From NCBI RefSeq assembly GCF_001194135.2, contig NC_068981.1, positions 126,224,416-126,288,415 on the forward strand: DNA of 64,000 nucleotides, given 5' to 3'. Below, piece after piece: positions 22,521-33,163 of this stretch. The DNA comes from Octopus bimaculoides. Taxonomy: Eukaryota. The notes below the pieces were generated by a model, which saw only the letters and a program-made list of their open reading frames with translations, was not told the origin of the DNA and made no database searches. How positions within the stretch are numbered: the first letter of the stretch is position 1; every line of letters begins with the position of its first letter. The translations under genes were made by a program, and so were the position numbers.

Positions 22521-25500
22521 TATTCACACACTTACACACATACTTAAAAAAAATTACTGTCTAATTTCTTCATTGAATGTGAAACAAACAAAACCTTTTC
22601 ATTGTTTTCCTTTTATTAATTTAACCAGCCTGAAAGAATTGATCCACCAGATCCAGAAAGGCCAGATTATGATATCCGTGCAGATGTTTGGAGTTTGGGG
22701 ATCTCTTTAGTAAGTTATTAATCTCCTTTTGCTTATGGTCTTTGTCTGTGTTGAAAGTTTTTGATAATGAAGTCTTTTCAGCAACATAGTTAGAATGGAT
22801 AATTTGCAAGGTCTTTTAGCTATTTATCTAGATGAATAAATGAATAGCTATATTTACCAAACACAACAAGAGTGATGTTTATATCTGCATAGCACCTTTT
22901 TATAAATTTAGGATCCTTATTTTCAAGCTTTAGTATATATAAAAATATATATTTATGTGTATGGGTGATTTTGTGTATTTGTATGAATGTGTAAGTTTTG
23001 GCTGCAAGTATTTTTCGACATAAATGAAATGTATATTTTTATATTTTAAACATAAATATTCATGTGTATAGTAAATATTTTAATTATGTAATTGTTCAAT
23101 TTACCTTTTTAATAAACTTCAAAGCAGATAATGTCATAATTCATCGTAGCATAATTCTAAAAGAAATGTTTTGTGAAAAAGCAAGCTGCTCCACTTTGTT
23201 AGCAACTTGTAATTATTTTCATCTTTTGTGAAATGTCTTACTTTGTAAAATATTGTTTAATTAATAAGCTACAGGTTATATCTTGTTGTTGATTTCTAAA
23301 AAGAATGAAATAGTGCTATACATGATTACTTTTAAGTAGAAACTGTAAGAACTTTGTTATAAGAAAACAAAAATAAATTAAATTTGTGAATTCTGTGCAT
23401 CTTTTTCCTCGTAATTTCTCAGTTTCAAATTCAGATTTCTAATCTTGCCTCATATTATGAAGAAAGGATTGTCTCCCTTGTAATAGTTGCCCTCTATGTG
23501 TTAAACTGTCGTCTAGAAAACTAGAATAAAATTTTTAGAAGAAATGAATTGCAGAATGTACCACTGTAATTGTTTGCCATTTTCTTTGATTTAGATTACA
23601 TCATTTGTTTGATGTGCTGGTTAAACAATCAATTAGTTGTTTGCTAGTCAAAGTCTTTGTGTTGCTATTTGCAACCTTTTCAGAGAGTTGGTGACCTCCC
23701 CTCTCATTCTAAGGTCTGCTTTAGAAAAGATCTTCACTGGAAAGGTCGCAAACAGTGGCAAGAGAAATTTTGCTAACAAACAACCAATTAAACCAGTTAA
23801 ATCAGTACATTAAACCAGTGATTGATTAGTTAGTTGATTAGATATCTAACCAATCGACAAATAATAAAGAAGTGGNNNNNNNNNNNNNNNNNNNNNNNNN
23901 NNNNNNNNNNNNNNNNNNNNNNNNNNNNNNNNNNNNNNNNNNNNNNNNNNNNNNNNNNNNNNNNNNNNNNNNNNNNNNNNNNNNNNNNNNNNNNNNNNNN
24001 NNNNNNNNNNNNNNNNNNNNNNNNNNNNNNNNNNNNNNNNNNNNNNNNNNNNNNNNNNNNNNNNNNNNNNNNNNNNNNNNNNNNNNNNNNNNNNNNNNNN
24101 NNNNNNNNNNNNNNNNNNNNNNNNNNNNNNNNNNNNNNNNNNNNNNNNNNNNNNNNNNNNNNNNNNNNNNNNNNNNNNNTTTTTTTCTATTTCTTCACAG
24201 GTTGAACTTGCAACAGGTGAGTTTCCATACAAGAACTGCAGAACAGATTTTGAACTTCTCACAAAAGTGTTGCAAGAAGAGCCACCACTTCTCCCTCCCA
24301 ACAATGGCTTCTCACTAGATTTTTGTTCATTTGTAAGGGATTGGTAAGTAGTTTGTAATATCTCCTACTATTTCAAAATCTCGTGTTTTCACTTTTTTCT
24401 TTTTTTCTATTCATTGGAACATCAGAAAAATGCTTTGTCCTGGCTCATAGCAGAATTCTTGATGTGCCAAACAAAATGCTTAGCAGCATTTCTTCTGGTT
24501 CTTTACATTCTGAGTTCAAATTTCACTGAGGTTAACTGTGTCTGTTATTCTTTTGGGGTTGATAAAATAAACTTCCAGTCAAGTATTGAAGTCAATGTAG
24601 TTGACTATCCCTGTTTCACTAAAATTACTGGTCTTGTGCCAAAATTTAAAGCAAATATTATTATTATTATTATTATTAAGGTAGTGAGTTAGCAGATTTG
24701 TTAGCATGCCGGCTGAAATGCTGAGTGATATGTTGTCTGTCGTTATGTTCCGAGTTCAAATTCTGCAGAGGTCAACTTTACCTTTCATCGTTTCAGGGTC
24801 GATGAATTAAATACCAGTGAAACACTGGGGTCGATATAATCAACTTGTCCCCTCCCACCAAATTGAGGCCTTGTGCCGCCAGAAGAAAGGATTATTATTA
24901 TTATTATTATTATTATTATTGGGAGTTGATTAGAGAAAGACTTGTACATTTGACAAATTTGATTACCTGTGTTGAAGGATGCCATGATAACAAATAACTA
25001 CATCTGAATTGAGGATGCTTTACCACACAGACAAGATGAAATGCCAACATGTCATAATACAAAGCATATTAGCATGATATAACTTGGCTATAAAATTAAT
25101 AATTGCATATGCATATAACTACTTGTGTTCTTATTATGTTGTCTCAATATATGTTTCCTTCATTAACATTTCTTTTTCTGTTTCTTCAGCCTAACTAAAG
25201 ATTATAAGAAAAGACCTAAATACAAGAAATTATTGGTGAGTTGATAACATTTACAAATTTGAAGAATTATGCTCAATCCCAATGGGCAATAGGTTTGGGT
25301 ATTTTGTAAATTTATTGCAAATATGTAAATGAGTTTGAGTGTATCATCATCATCATTTTTATGTCTGTTTAATCTTTGTTTGTATAGATTGGACAAGACA
25401 TGAGCTGTGACTGCAGAGGACATGTACAGTCAAGAAAGGAATAATACTGTTATGCTCCAATGGATGTGCATGTATGACAAAGTACATATGTGTTGAGAGA

Positions 25501-27053
25501 AAATTGGGCATAAGTGGAATCAGGTGTAGAGAGAATGTGTTGGTATGGTCATTTGATGTGCATGGATGATGACAAAGATATGCTGATCACTTTAAGCAGA
25601 TGGAACTTGTGAAAGAGAGAGACTTAGAATGGCATGACAAAGTAGCGAAGGCTGATCTTAAAATGTTGAACCTTAAGGTGGAGATGATAAAAGACTGTTT
25701 CATTGTACTGAAGCAGACCTGTCTTTCATGGGGAAAGTGAGAAACTTGATTTTTGTTACATGGCAGTTGTGTCCCTAACTATGAGATGGTATGTCTTTAT
25801 ATTATGATGTAATATACACATAGTCACTGGATGTCTTCCTTTTGTAATATGTATCACCTTGAACTGTGATTGTCCATTCTTATTTGCCTACTTATACATT
25901 CATATATGCATATAAACAAACAATGGCTTATAGTCTTGAGGTGTCAGTCAACCTAAGGATATAATAGAAGGCACTCGCCCAAATTGCCAAAGCTGACTTT
26001 GCCTTTTATCCTTTTCGAGTTGATAAAATAAGTACCAGTTGAGCACTGGGATTGATAAAATAGATATGAGATGAGAACTGAGGTCAATGTAATTGACTTA
26101 TCCCCTCCCTGTAATTGCTGGCATTGTGCCAAAATTTGAAACCAATGTATGTATATTCAAACCTGAAAGCATGTGGTTGTGAAACGAATTTCTTCAACAC
26201 AATGCCATGTCTGTGCCTGTACCTGTTGCTGTTTGTGTAAACATGTGTGTTTATTTAAATGTGTGCTCTCTTATTAAAAAGTTATGTTTGGGCAGTGTTG
26301 TTGTTGTCACTTCTTCTGTCAAAAACTTCTCTGTTTTGTGCATTCATAGACATGTAAAAGATAGCCAAGGGTTAGTGACTGGAAAGGCATCCAGCAAAAA
26401 AACAAAATAAGTCTGAATAATGTATTCACCTGACCCATGCAAGCATGAGAAAATGGATGAAATGTGAATGACTGATTGTATAGATATGTTTGTGTGTATA
26501 TATTTTTTATACCTATCAATGCCAGTATCATGTAACTGGCACCCATGCTGGTGGCACATAAAAAGCACCCATTACACTCTTGGAGTGGTTGGTGTTATGA
26601 AGGGTATCCAGCCATAGAAACCATGCCAAATCAGATTGGAACCTAATGCAGCTTACCAGTTTCAGTCAAACCATCTAACCCATTTCAGCATGGAAAGCAT
26701 ACACTAAACGATGATGATGATGACATGAGCATGTATATATTTGTGTATATTTATGTATGATGTGTGTGTGTGCGTGTGTGTTTGTGTAAAAAGTAGATGT
26801 TAAATGATGATGATGATGATTTGATACATGTTTGTATGTCTATATGTGTGTGTGTGTGTGTGTATATATATATGTATGTATATGTGTGTGTGTGCGTGTG
26901 TGTGTGTATTGGCATAAGGTGGTTAGCATTAGGCAGAGCTGTAAAAACCATGTAGAAACCATGTCACAACAGACAGTTGGAGTCTGGTCAGCTTGCAGGT
27001 CAGTTCCTGTCAAACTGTCCAACTCATGCAGGCATGGAAAATGATGGTGATGG

Positions 27054-27093
<40 letters not shown>

Positions 27094-28048
27094 NNNNNNN
27101 NNNNNNNNNNNNNNNNNNNNNNNNNNNNNNNNNNNNNNNNNNNNNNNNNNNNNNNNNNNNNNNNNNNNNNNNNNNNNNNNNNNNNNNNNNNNNNNNNNNN
27201 NNNNNNNNNNNNNNNNNNNNNNNNNNNNNNNNNNNNNNNNNNNNNNNNNNNNNNNNNNNNNNNNNNNNNNNNNNNNNNNNNNNNNNNNNNNNNNNNNNNN
27301 NNNNNNNNNNNNNNNNNNNNNNNNNNNNNNNNNNNNNNNNNNNNNNNNNNNNNNNNNNNNNNNNNNNNNNNNNNNNNNNNNNNNNNNNNNNNNNNNNNNN
27401 NNNNNNNNNNNNNNNNNNNNNNNNNNNNNNNNNNNNNNNNNNNNNNNNNNNNNNNNNNNNNNNNNNNNNNNNNNNNNNNNNNNNNNNNNNNNNNNNNNNN
27501 NNNNNNNNNNNNNNNNNNNNNNNNNNNNNNNNNNNNNNNNNNNNNNNNNNNNNNNNNNNNNNNNNNNNNNNNNNNNNNNNNNNNNNNNNNNNNNNNNNNN
27601 NNNNNNNNNNNNNNNNNNNNNNNNNNNNNNNNNNNNNNNNNNNNNNNNNNNNNNNNNNNNNNNNNNNNNNNNNNNNNNNNNNNNNNNNNNNNNNNNNNNN
27701 NNNNNNNNNNNNNNNNNNNNNNNNNNNNNNNNNNNNNNNNNNNNNNNNNNNNNNNNNNNNNNNNNNNNNNNNNNNNNNNNNNNNNNNNNNNNNNNNNNNN
27801 NNNNNNNNNNNNNNNNNNNNNNNNNNNNNNNNNNNNNNNNNNNNNNNNNNNNNNNNNNNNNNNNNNNNNNNNNNNNNNNNNNNNTTTTTTTTTTTTTTTT
27901 ACTTTCTTTGTATCAGTTGTTTAAATAAGTGACATTGTTTTTTTCCTTTTCTTTCCAGGAACACCCGTTCATAAAGAGATATGAGATCTTAAATGTAGAC
28001 GTGGCTGCTTGGTTTGCAGATGTGTCTAAGTTAATGAATTCTTCATAA
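9919..28048 (+). CDS. MAP2K7: Dual-specificity MAP kinase kinase 7 (MKK7/hemipterous orthologue), 11 coding exons, 5'-partial; join(9919..10024,13679..13745,15686..15799,16646..16765,18326..18433,19634..19685,20153..20280,22629..22709,24201..24343,25190..25235,27959..28048)
   Basis: Manual splicing gives 1055 nt (2 nt + 351 codons including TAA) with all GT-AG introns and consistent phases. Kinase motifs: GxGxxG (GHGTCG), AVK, HRDVKPSN, DFG, activation loop SKAKT, YMAPE, DVWSLG. Segments QMRRSxNxEENKRI, [17 protein letters not shown], [25 protein letters not shown] and [21 protein letters not shown] match MKK7 as I recall it. Confidence 0.97.
10105..10145. repeat. 13-bp minisatellite (tgactctctacat)x3
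   Basis: Three exact tandem copies. Confidence 0.95.
10740..12925 (+). mobile_element. Degenerate 5'-truncated RTE-clade LINE (linker, RT, thumb, short 3' UTR and GAT tail) in a MAP2K7 intron
   Basis: Fragments [55 protein letters not shown] and VLEKT; ends in caagcatggcaaaaaggacattaaagtagtgatgatgat. Many stops and indels. Confidence 0.88.
12237..12422 (+). mobile_element. Well-preserved long-type RTE 3'-end insertion nested in the older RTE copy
   Basis: Near-identical to 43928-44108; ends in (GAT)6. Confidence 0.85.
13679..13745 (+). CDS. MAP2K7: MAP2K7 exon ([22 protein letters not shown])
   Basis: ttttcag acceptor, cag|gtaatt donor; resembles human EIDQKLQEIMKQTGYLTIGGQ. Confidence 0.93.
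14150..14850 (-). mobile_element. CR1-group LINE 3' fragment (post-RT region), degenerate, antisense in a MAP2K7 intron
   Basis: Minus-strand fragments [33 protein letters not shown] and LCRFYRYYN match the CR1-group LYKAQxRPxMEY / DRIQxRAxR / LxxRRxVxxLCxFYRxY pattern from memory. An internal (GA)n tract interrupts it. Confidence 0.7.
15686..15799 (+). CDS. MAP2K7: MAP2K7 exon, Gly-rich loop and catalytic Lys ([38 protein letters not shown])
   Basis: tctag acceptor, aag|gtaaat donor, 114 nt. Confidence 0.96.
16646..16765 (+). CDS. MAP2K7: MAP2K7 exon ([40 protein letters not shown])
   Basis: ttttcag acceptor, act|gtaagt donor, 120 nt. Confidence 0.97.
17841..18043 (+). mobile_element. tRNA-derived SINE, family A
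   Basis: tggcagaaatgttagc A-box, gttcaaattcc B-box (17915-17925), same core as 23-236. Confidence 0.82.
18326..18433 (+). CDS. MAP2K7: MAP2K7 exon, hinge region ([36 protein letters not shown])
   Basis: tttcag acceptor, gca|gtgagt donor, 108 nt. Confidence 0.97.
18651..19235. mobile_element. hAT (Charlie-type) MITE, 585 bp, in a MAP2K7 intron
   Basis: Perfect 14-bp TIR cagtgcttctcaaa / tttgagaagcactg and perfect 8-bp TSD atctagaa (18643-18650, 19236-19243). Confidence 0.93.
19634..19685 (+). CDS. MAP2K7: MAP2K7 exon ([17 protein letters not shown])
   Basis: ttgtag acceptor, g|gttagt donor, 52 nt. Confidence 0.96.
20153..20280 (+). CDS. MAP2K7: MAP2K7 exon, catalytic and activation loops ([43 protein letters not shown])
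   Basis: tgttag acceptor, gct|gtaagt donor, 128 nt. Confidence 0.98.
20505..20850 (+). mobile_element. Family B SINE copy with an expanded internal (TG)n
   Basis: Colinear with 49940-50247; the (TG)n at 20610-20638 occupies the position of the short tract in the other copy. Confidence 0.75.
22629..22709 (+). CDS. MAP2K7: MAP2K7 exon ([27 protein letters not shown])
   Basis: aaccag acceptor, tta|gtaagt donor, 81 nt. Confidence 0.97.
24201..24343 (+). CDS. MAP2K7: MAP2K7 exon ([47 protein letters not shown])
   Basis: cttcacag acceptor, tg|gtaagt donor, 143 nt. Confidence 0.97.
24428..24920 (+). mobile_element. Two head-to-tail family A SINEs, each with an (ATT)n tail
   Basis: Copies at about 24428-24657 and 24678-24891 with gagttcaaatt B-boxes; (ATT)n at 24657-24677 and 24892-24920. 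Confidence 0.82.
25190..25235 (+). CDS. MAP2K7: MAP2K7 exon ([16 protein letters not shown])
   Basis: ttcttcag acceptor, ttg|gtgagt donor, 46 nt. Confidence 0.96.
25490..25740 (+). mobile_element. Degenerate RTE 3' fragment
   Basis: Similar to 12690-12900 (tggtatggtcat, gaaggctgat, ggagatgata). A further copy lies at 61565-61810 on the minus strand. Confidence 0.65.
27959..28048 (+). CDS. MAP2K7: MAP2K7 last coding exon ([29 protein letters not shown])
   Basis: ctttccag acceptor, TAA stop at 28046-28048; resembles human EHSFIKRYETLEVDVASWF. Confidence 0.95.
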   Translation, partial: EHPFIKRYEILNVDVAAWFADVSKLMNSS

Positions 28049-28339
28049 GCCACTCTAATCATTTAACTTGTGTGTTTGCTGAGTATGTGTGTGCGTATAT
28101 CAGTGATGACTGCTACCAGAGGGGTGATTGTGTTGTAAGTACAATGGTGTGGTGTATTAATGTACCACATGTACACCACACAGCTCTGGCAGTTGACTGC
28201 AGTCAGGTGAGGCAGTCTGTTCATTATTTTTCCCGATTTTCTTTCAATTTTTTTTCTTTCATTTTAACATTCATTCACCATGGTTCCTGTACTCTCAGTT
28301 GCACATTCAACCTAGGTTATAGAACATGAGCTGAAGAAG

Positions 28340-28345
<6 letters not shown>

Positions 28346-28402
<57 letters not shown>

Positions 28403-29048
28403 ATAAAACCACATATATATATATGTGTGTGTGTGTCTGTGTAAATATATATATACACATATATACATATGCTCACACCNNNNNNNNNNNNNNNNNNNNN
28501 NNNNNNNNNNNNNNNNNNNNNNNNNNNNNNNNNNNNNNNNNNNNNNNNNNNNNNNNNNNNNNNNNNNNNNNNNNNNNNNNNNNNNNNNNNNNNNNNNNNN
28601 NNNNNNNNNNNNNNNNNNNNNNNNNNNNNNNNNNNNNNNNNNNNNNNNNNNNNNNNNNNNNNNNNNNNNNNNNNNNNNNNNNNNNNNNNNNNNNNNNNNN
28701 NNNNNNNNNNNNNNNNNNNNNNNNNNNNNNNNNNNNNNNNNNNNNNNNNNNNNNNNNNNNNNNNNNNNNNNNNNNNNNNNNNNNNNNNNNNNNNNNNNNN
28801 NNNNNNNNNNNNNNNNNNNNNNNNNNNNNNNNNNNNNNNNNNNNNNNNNNNNNNNNNNNNNNNNNNAATAATGTAAAAATGCAGCTGTGAAAACGATTCC
28901 TTCTTCATGTCAGATTCTCTTTGTAACAATGAATATATATATATACATATATATATATATATGTATGTATATATAAATGTATGTATATATATATATATAT
29001 ATATATATCGTCATCATTTAACGTCCGCTTTCCATGCTAGCGTGGGTT

Positions 29049-29094
<46 letters not shown>

Positions 29095-29736
29095 TGTGAT
29101 GTATATGCAAATATATGAATTATATACATATATCACATGGAATTAATCTTGTGTGTGTATATATATATACACACACACACATGTATGTATGTATATATGA
29201 ATTATATACATATTTCATATGAAATTAATTGTGTGTATATATATGTGTGTGTGTGTGTGCATATTTATATCTGTATATCTATATATGTATCCTATCCATG
29301 TGTGTGTGTGTGTGTGTGTGTGTATGTATATTTACAGATATGTGTTTTTAAATATACATTCACATGTAGCTGTGTGCATGTGTGTGTATATATGTCTGTA
29401 TAGATTAAACAGACAGATAGTTAAGGAATACAATTTCATATACATATTTGTATTGTATATTTCAGATTATAAATATGTATATCTGTGCATGTGCGTGCAT
29501 GCACATGCACACACACACATACAGAAACACCCACACACCCACATATATATATATGTGTGTTTGAAGAGCAAATAAAGGAAAGAGATAAATATATATAAAA
29601 GATATGTACCTACATGCATGCATAGACACACACACACATATATACATAGACAAATATATATACATGTATTTGTGTATGTATGCATGTATATACATGTATA
29701 TTTAAAATGAATACATTTTATGTATATGTGTGTGTG

Positions 29737-29771
<35 letters not shown>

Positions 29772-29775
29772 CATG
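28346..29775. repeat. Compound (TA)n/(TG)n/(CA)n/(TATG)n microsatellite field with an internal gap
   Basis: Directly visible. Similar fields lie at 533-572, 838-1000, 2806-2943, 26750-27093, 30505-30616, 31477-31575, 36205-37025 and 42090-42345; trinucleotide tracts are (ATT)n 37745-37782, (AAT)n 39796-39837 and (ACT)n 40960-41012. Confidence 0.97.
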
Positions 29776-30220
29776 CAGATTTGAATGATTTATAATTCAA
29801 ATTAATGTGTCTGCTTTGTTTTCATCTGTTTTGCTATCCAGCATAGACTAGATGAATATGTTATCAAAGCATTTTTTATGGGTGTGTGCCATTGTTGATG
29901 TTAATTCTGACTTGTTTCTCTGTTCAGGAATTGGTTATGCCACATGGCTTTCATGACATGAAGTGAGCAAACTAGTTGTTGATTGGGGAAACAACGACAC
30001 CACTTGAACATTACTTTTGAATAAGTGAGTACAGATGTGAAGAAACACACAAGCACACACATGCTGACACATGTATACATATACATATGTATACATATGC
30101 ATATGTATACATATACATATGTATACATATACAAAATGCTTTTTTTACACTTTCAGCCTACCATACTTCCTGGGAAGGGTTTACTTTGGCTTGGGCCTAA
30201 AGCAGAAGATACCTGCTTAA

Positions 30221-30427
30221 CCCTTTAGCATTTAATCCAGCCATATCTGGCCCAAATATTCTACCTGTTTTATGTTCAAACTGGCCATGTCTGGTGTGTC
30301 ATACCTATCCTGCAATGTCATTCTAAAAATAAACAATCACATAATCAAAATCTCAAACCTACAAGATAATGTCTGATTTATTCAAAACAATGTGATTAAA
30401 TAAGCTTTAGATTTGAATGCTAAATGG
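30221..30427. mobile_element. piggyBac-type MITE, family 1
   Basis: TTAA on both sides; TIR ccctttagcatt / aatgctaaatgg (11/12). Related copies at 49086-49300 and partially at 59960-60052. Confidence 0.8.
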
Positions 30428-30560
30428 TTAAGATCCCACCCAATTGGACTGAAACTGAAAGTGTGTGATTGCAGAGTGAAGTTCCTAAAGACACAGCCAT
30501 GCATGCACCAATGAGTATGTGTGTGTGTGTATTTATTTGTATGTATCTATATTTGTATGC

Positions 30561-30616
<56 letters not shown>

Positions 30617-31274
30617 NNNNNNNNNNNNNNNNNNNNNNNNNNNNNNNNNNNNNNNNNNNNNNNNNNNNNNNNNNNNNNNNNNNNNNNNNNNNNNNNNNNN
30701 NNNNNNNNNNNNNNNNNNNNNNNNNNNNNNNNNNNNNNNNNNNNNNNNNNNNNNNNNNNNNNNNNNNNNNNNNNNNNNNNNNNNNNNNNNNNNNNNNNNN
30801 NNNNNNNNNNNNNNNNNNNNNNNNNNNNNNNNNNNNNNNNNNNNNNNNNNNNNNNNNNNNNNNNNNNNNNNNNNNNNNNNNNNNNNNNNNNNNNNNNNNN
30901 NNNNNNNNNNNNNNNNNNNNNNNNNNNNNNNNNNNNNNNNNNNNNNNNNNNNNNNNNNNNNNNNNNNNNNNNNNNNNNNNNNNNNNNNNNNNNNNNNNNN
31001 NNNNNNNNNNNNNNNNNNNNNNNNNNNNNNNNNNNNNNNNNNNNNNNNNNNNNNNNNNNNNNNNNNNNNNNNNNNNNNNNNNNNNNNNNNNNNNNNNNNN
31101 NNNNNNNNNNNNNNNNNNNNNNNNNNNNNNNNNNNNNNNNNNNNNNNNNNNNNNNNNNNNNNNNNNNNNNNNNNNNNNNNNNNNNNNNNNNNNNNNNNNN
31201 NNNNNNNNNTTTAGATATATATATATATATATATTTGTAGATATAGATACATGTTTGTGTGTATGTGTGTGTAT

Positions 31275-31476
31275 ATCATCATCATCATCATCATCATCAT
31301 CGTTTAACGTCCGCTTTCCATGCTAGCATGGGTTGGACGATTTGACTGAGTACTGGTGAAACCGGATGGCAACACCAGGCTCCAGTCTAATTTGGCAGAG
31401 TTTCTACAGCTGGATGCCCTTCCTAACGCCAACCACTCAGAGAGTGTAGTGGGTGCTTTTACGTGTCACCTGCACG
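31275..31476 (-). mobile_element. Long-type RTE 3'-end insertion between microsatellites
   Basis: (ATC)9 tail and reverse complement of the 12237-12422 sequence. Confidence 0.85.
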
Positions 31477-32142
31477 ATATATATATATATATATATATAT
31501 ACTCATACACACATGCACACACACATGTCTATATAAATGCACACACACGCATCTATATGTGTATGTATGCATACATATGTAACGGGGAGTTCCGTAGAGT
31601 AGAGGTAAGCTCCCAGTAATGGACTCAGTTATCATTGGAGGAGCGAGTTCTCTTTACTTACGTTGCTAATGCCCTTGGGAAAGGTATGAATGTCAAATTT
31701 TTCTGTTTTGTCCCTGCCCCTATATATCTTGGGCCTCATGCCTACATAAGAAAACAATTATTGAATATAAGATTTAAATTTCTCATTGTTAACTATTATT
31801 TAATACTCCATGAAGGATTCTTTAGCAATATGAAATTTTTTAATGGATTTCTTCATAATTTTTTACATTATGGATAAACAAATGGGAGCTGTTTTAATAC
31901 GGTCAGTGAAATATAATAGAGCATCCATAATAGAGAAAGTGCTTTAATATACTCTTTTCACCCAGTGATATCATCCTGGCTATTTCCTCCTTGATTTATT
32001 ATTTTTTTCTTAATTTCTATTTTTCTATATTTTTCTTTAAATTCAAAGACAAATATTCTTTATGTACTTTCATCTGTCATATTCCAATTATTTCTCGACT
32101 CTCTTGATTTCATTTACAATGAGTAGTTTAATTTCTCTCTGA

Positions 32143-32182
<40 letters not shown>

Positions 32183-32855
32183 NNNNNNNNNNNNNNNNNN
32201 NNNNNNNNNNNNNNNNNNNNNNNNNNNNNNNNNNNNNNNNNNNNNNNNNNNNNNNNNNNNNNNNNNNNNNNNNNNNNNNNNNNNNNNNNNNNNNNNNNNN
32301 NNNNNNNNNNNNNNNNNNNNNNNNNNNNNNNNNNNNNNNNNNNNNNNNNNNNNNNNNNNNNNNNNNNNNNNNNNNNNNNNNNNNNNNNNNNNNNNNNNNN
32401 NNNNNNNNNNNNNNNNNNNNNNNNNNNNACATTTATAGGTCAAAAGACACAGGGTTAATTTATTGTCTTTCTTTCACATTTAAATATTTTAAACAATATT
32501 AGTTTGGTATAGATGTTTTGTGGGATATATATATATAGAACAATAATTGCAAAAAATAAACAGACATTACTGTCTCCTCTAATTATCATTTGAATGTTAT
32601 CAATATTAAATTACATGTAGGTTTTTGCATATATTTATTTCACTTAAGATAAAGAGTTTTAATTATATTATGTTATGGACTTTGTAGCTAACTTTAGTTA
32701 TAAAGGAATCAAAGAAATGCAAATTAATGGAAAAACTGTCAAAATTTTTAGGAAGCTGTTCATTACAGATGTAAAATATATGACATACATTAGGTATGTA
32801 GCTATTGATATTTATTTCTATTTATACATATTGTTGATGACATGTAAATTTAATG

Positions 32856-32900
<45 letters not shown>

Positions 32901-33157
32901 TGAAAGAGGCCAGTGTACATTGAGGAGAATCATACTCCCTTGCAAAGTGTCTTTATTAGATGATTTGATGATAACTGCTTCTGTGTGTGTGTGTGTGTGT
33001 GTTTGTGCACATAAATGTAGTTTAGCTTTTAGATGTAGTTACATCAATGCTATGTGTTACAGTGTGTAAGATTTGTGGGAATCCTTAATTTATGTGTTTA
33101 TGATCAATTTTAAATTATGAAATATAAAGTTCATAGTTGTTTGTGTTCAGATCAAAG

Positions 33158-33163
33158 AATAAA
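33158..33163 (+). terminator. Candidate MAP2K7 polyadenylation signal
   Basis: AATAAA followed directly by a GT/T-rich tract (gttttgttttt). No transcript evidence. Confidence 0.25.
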
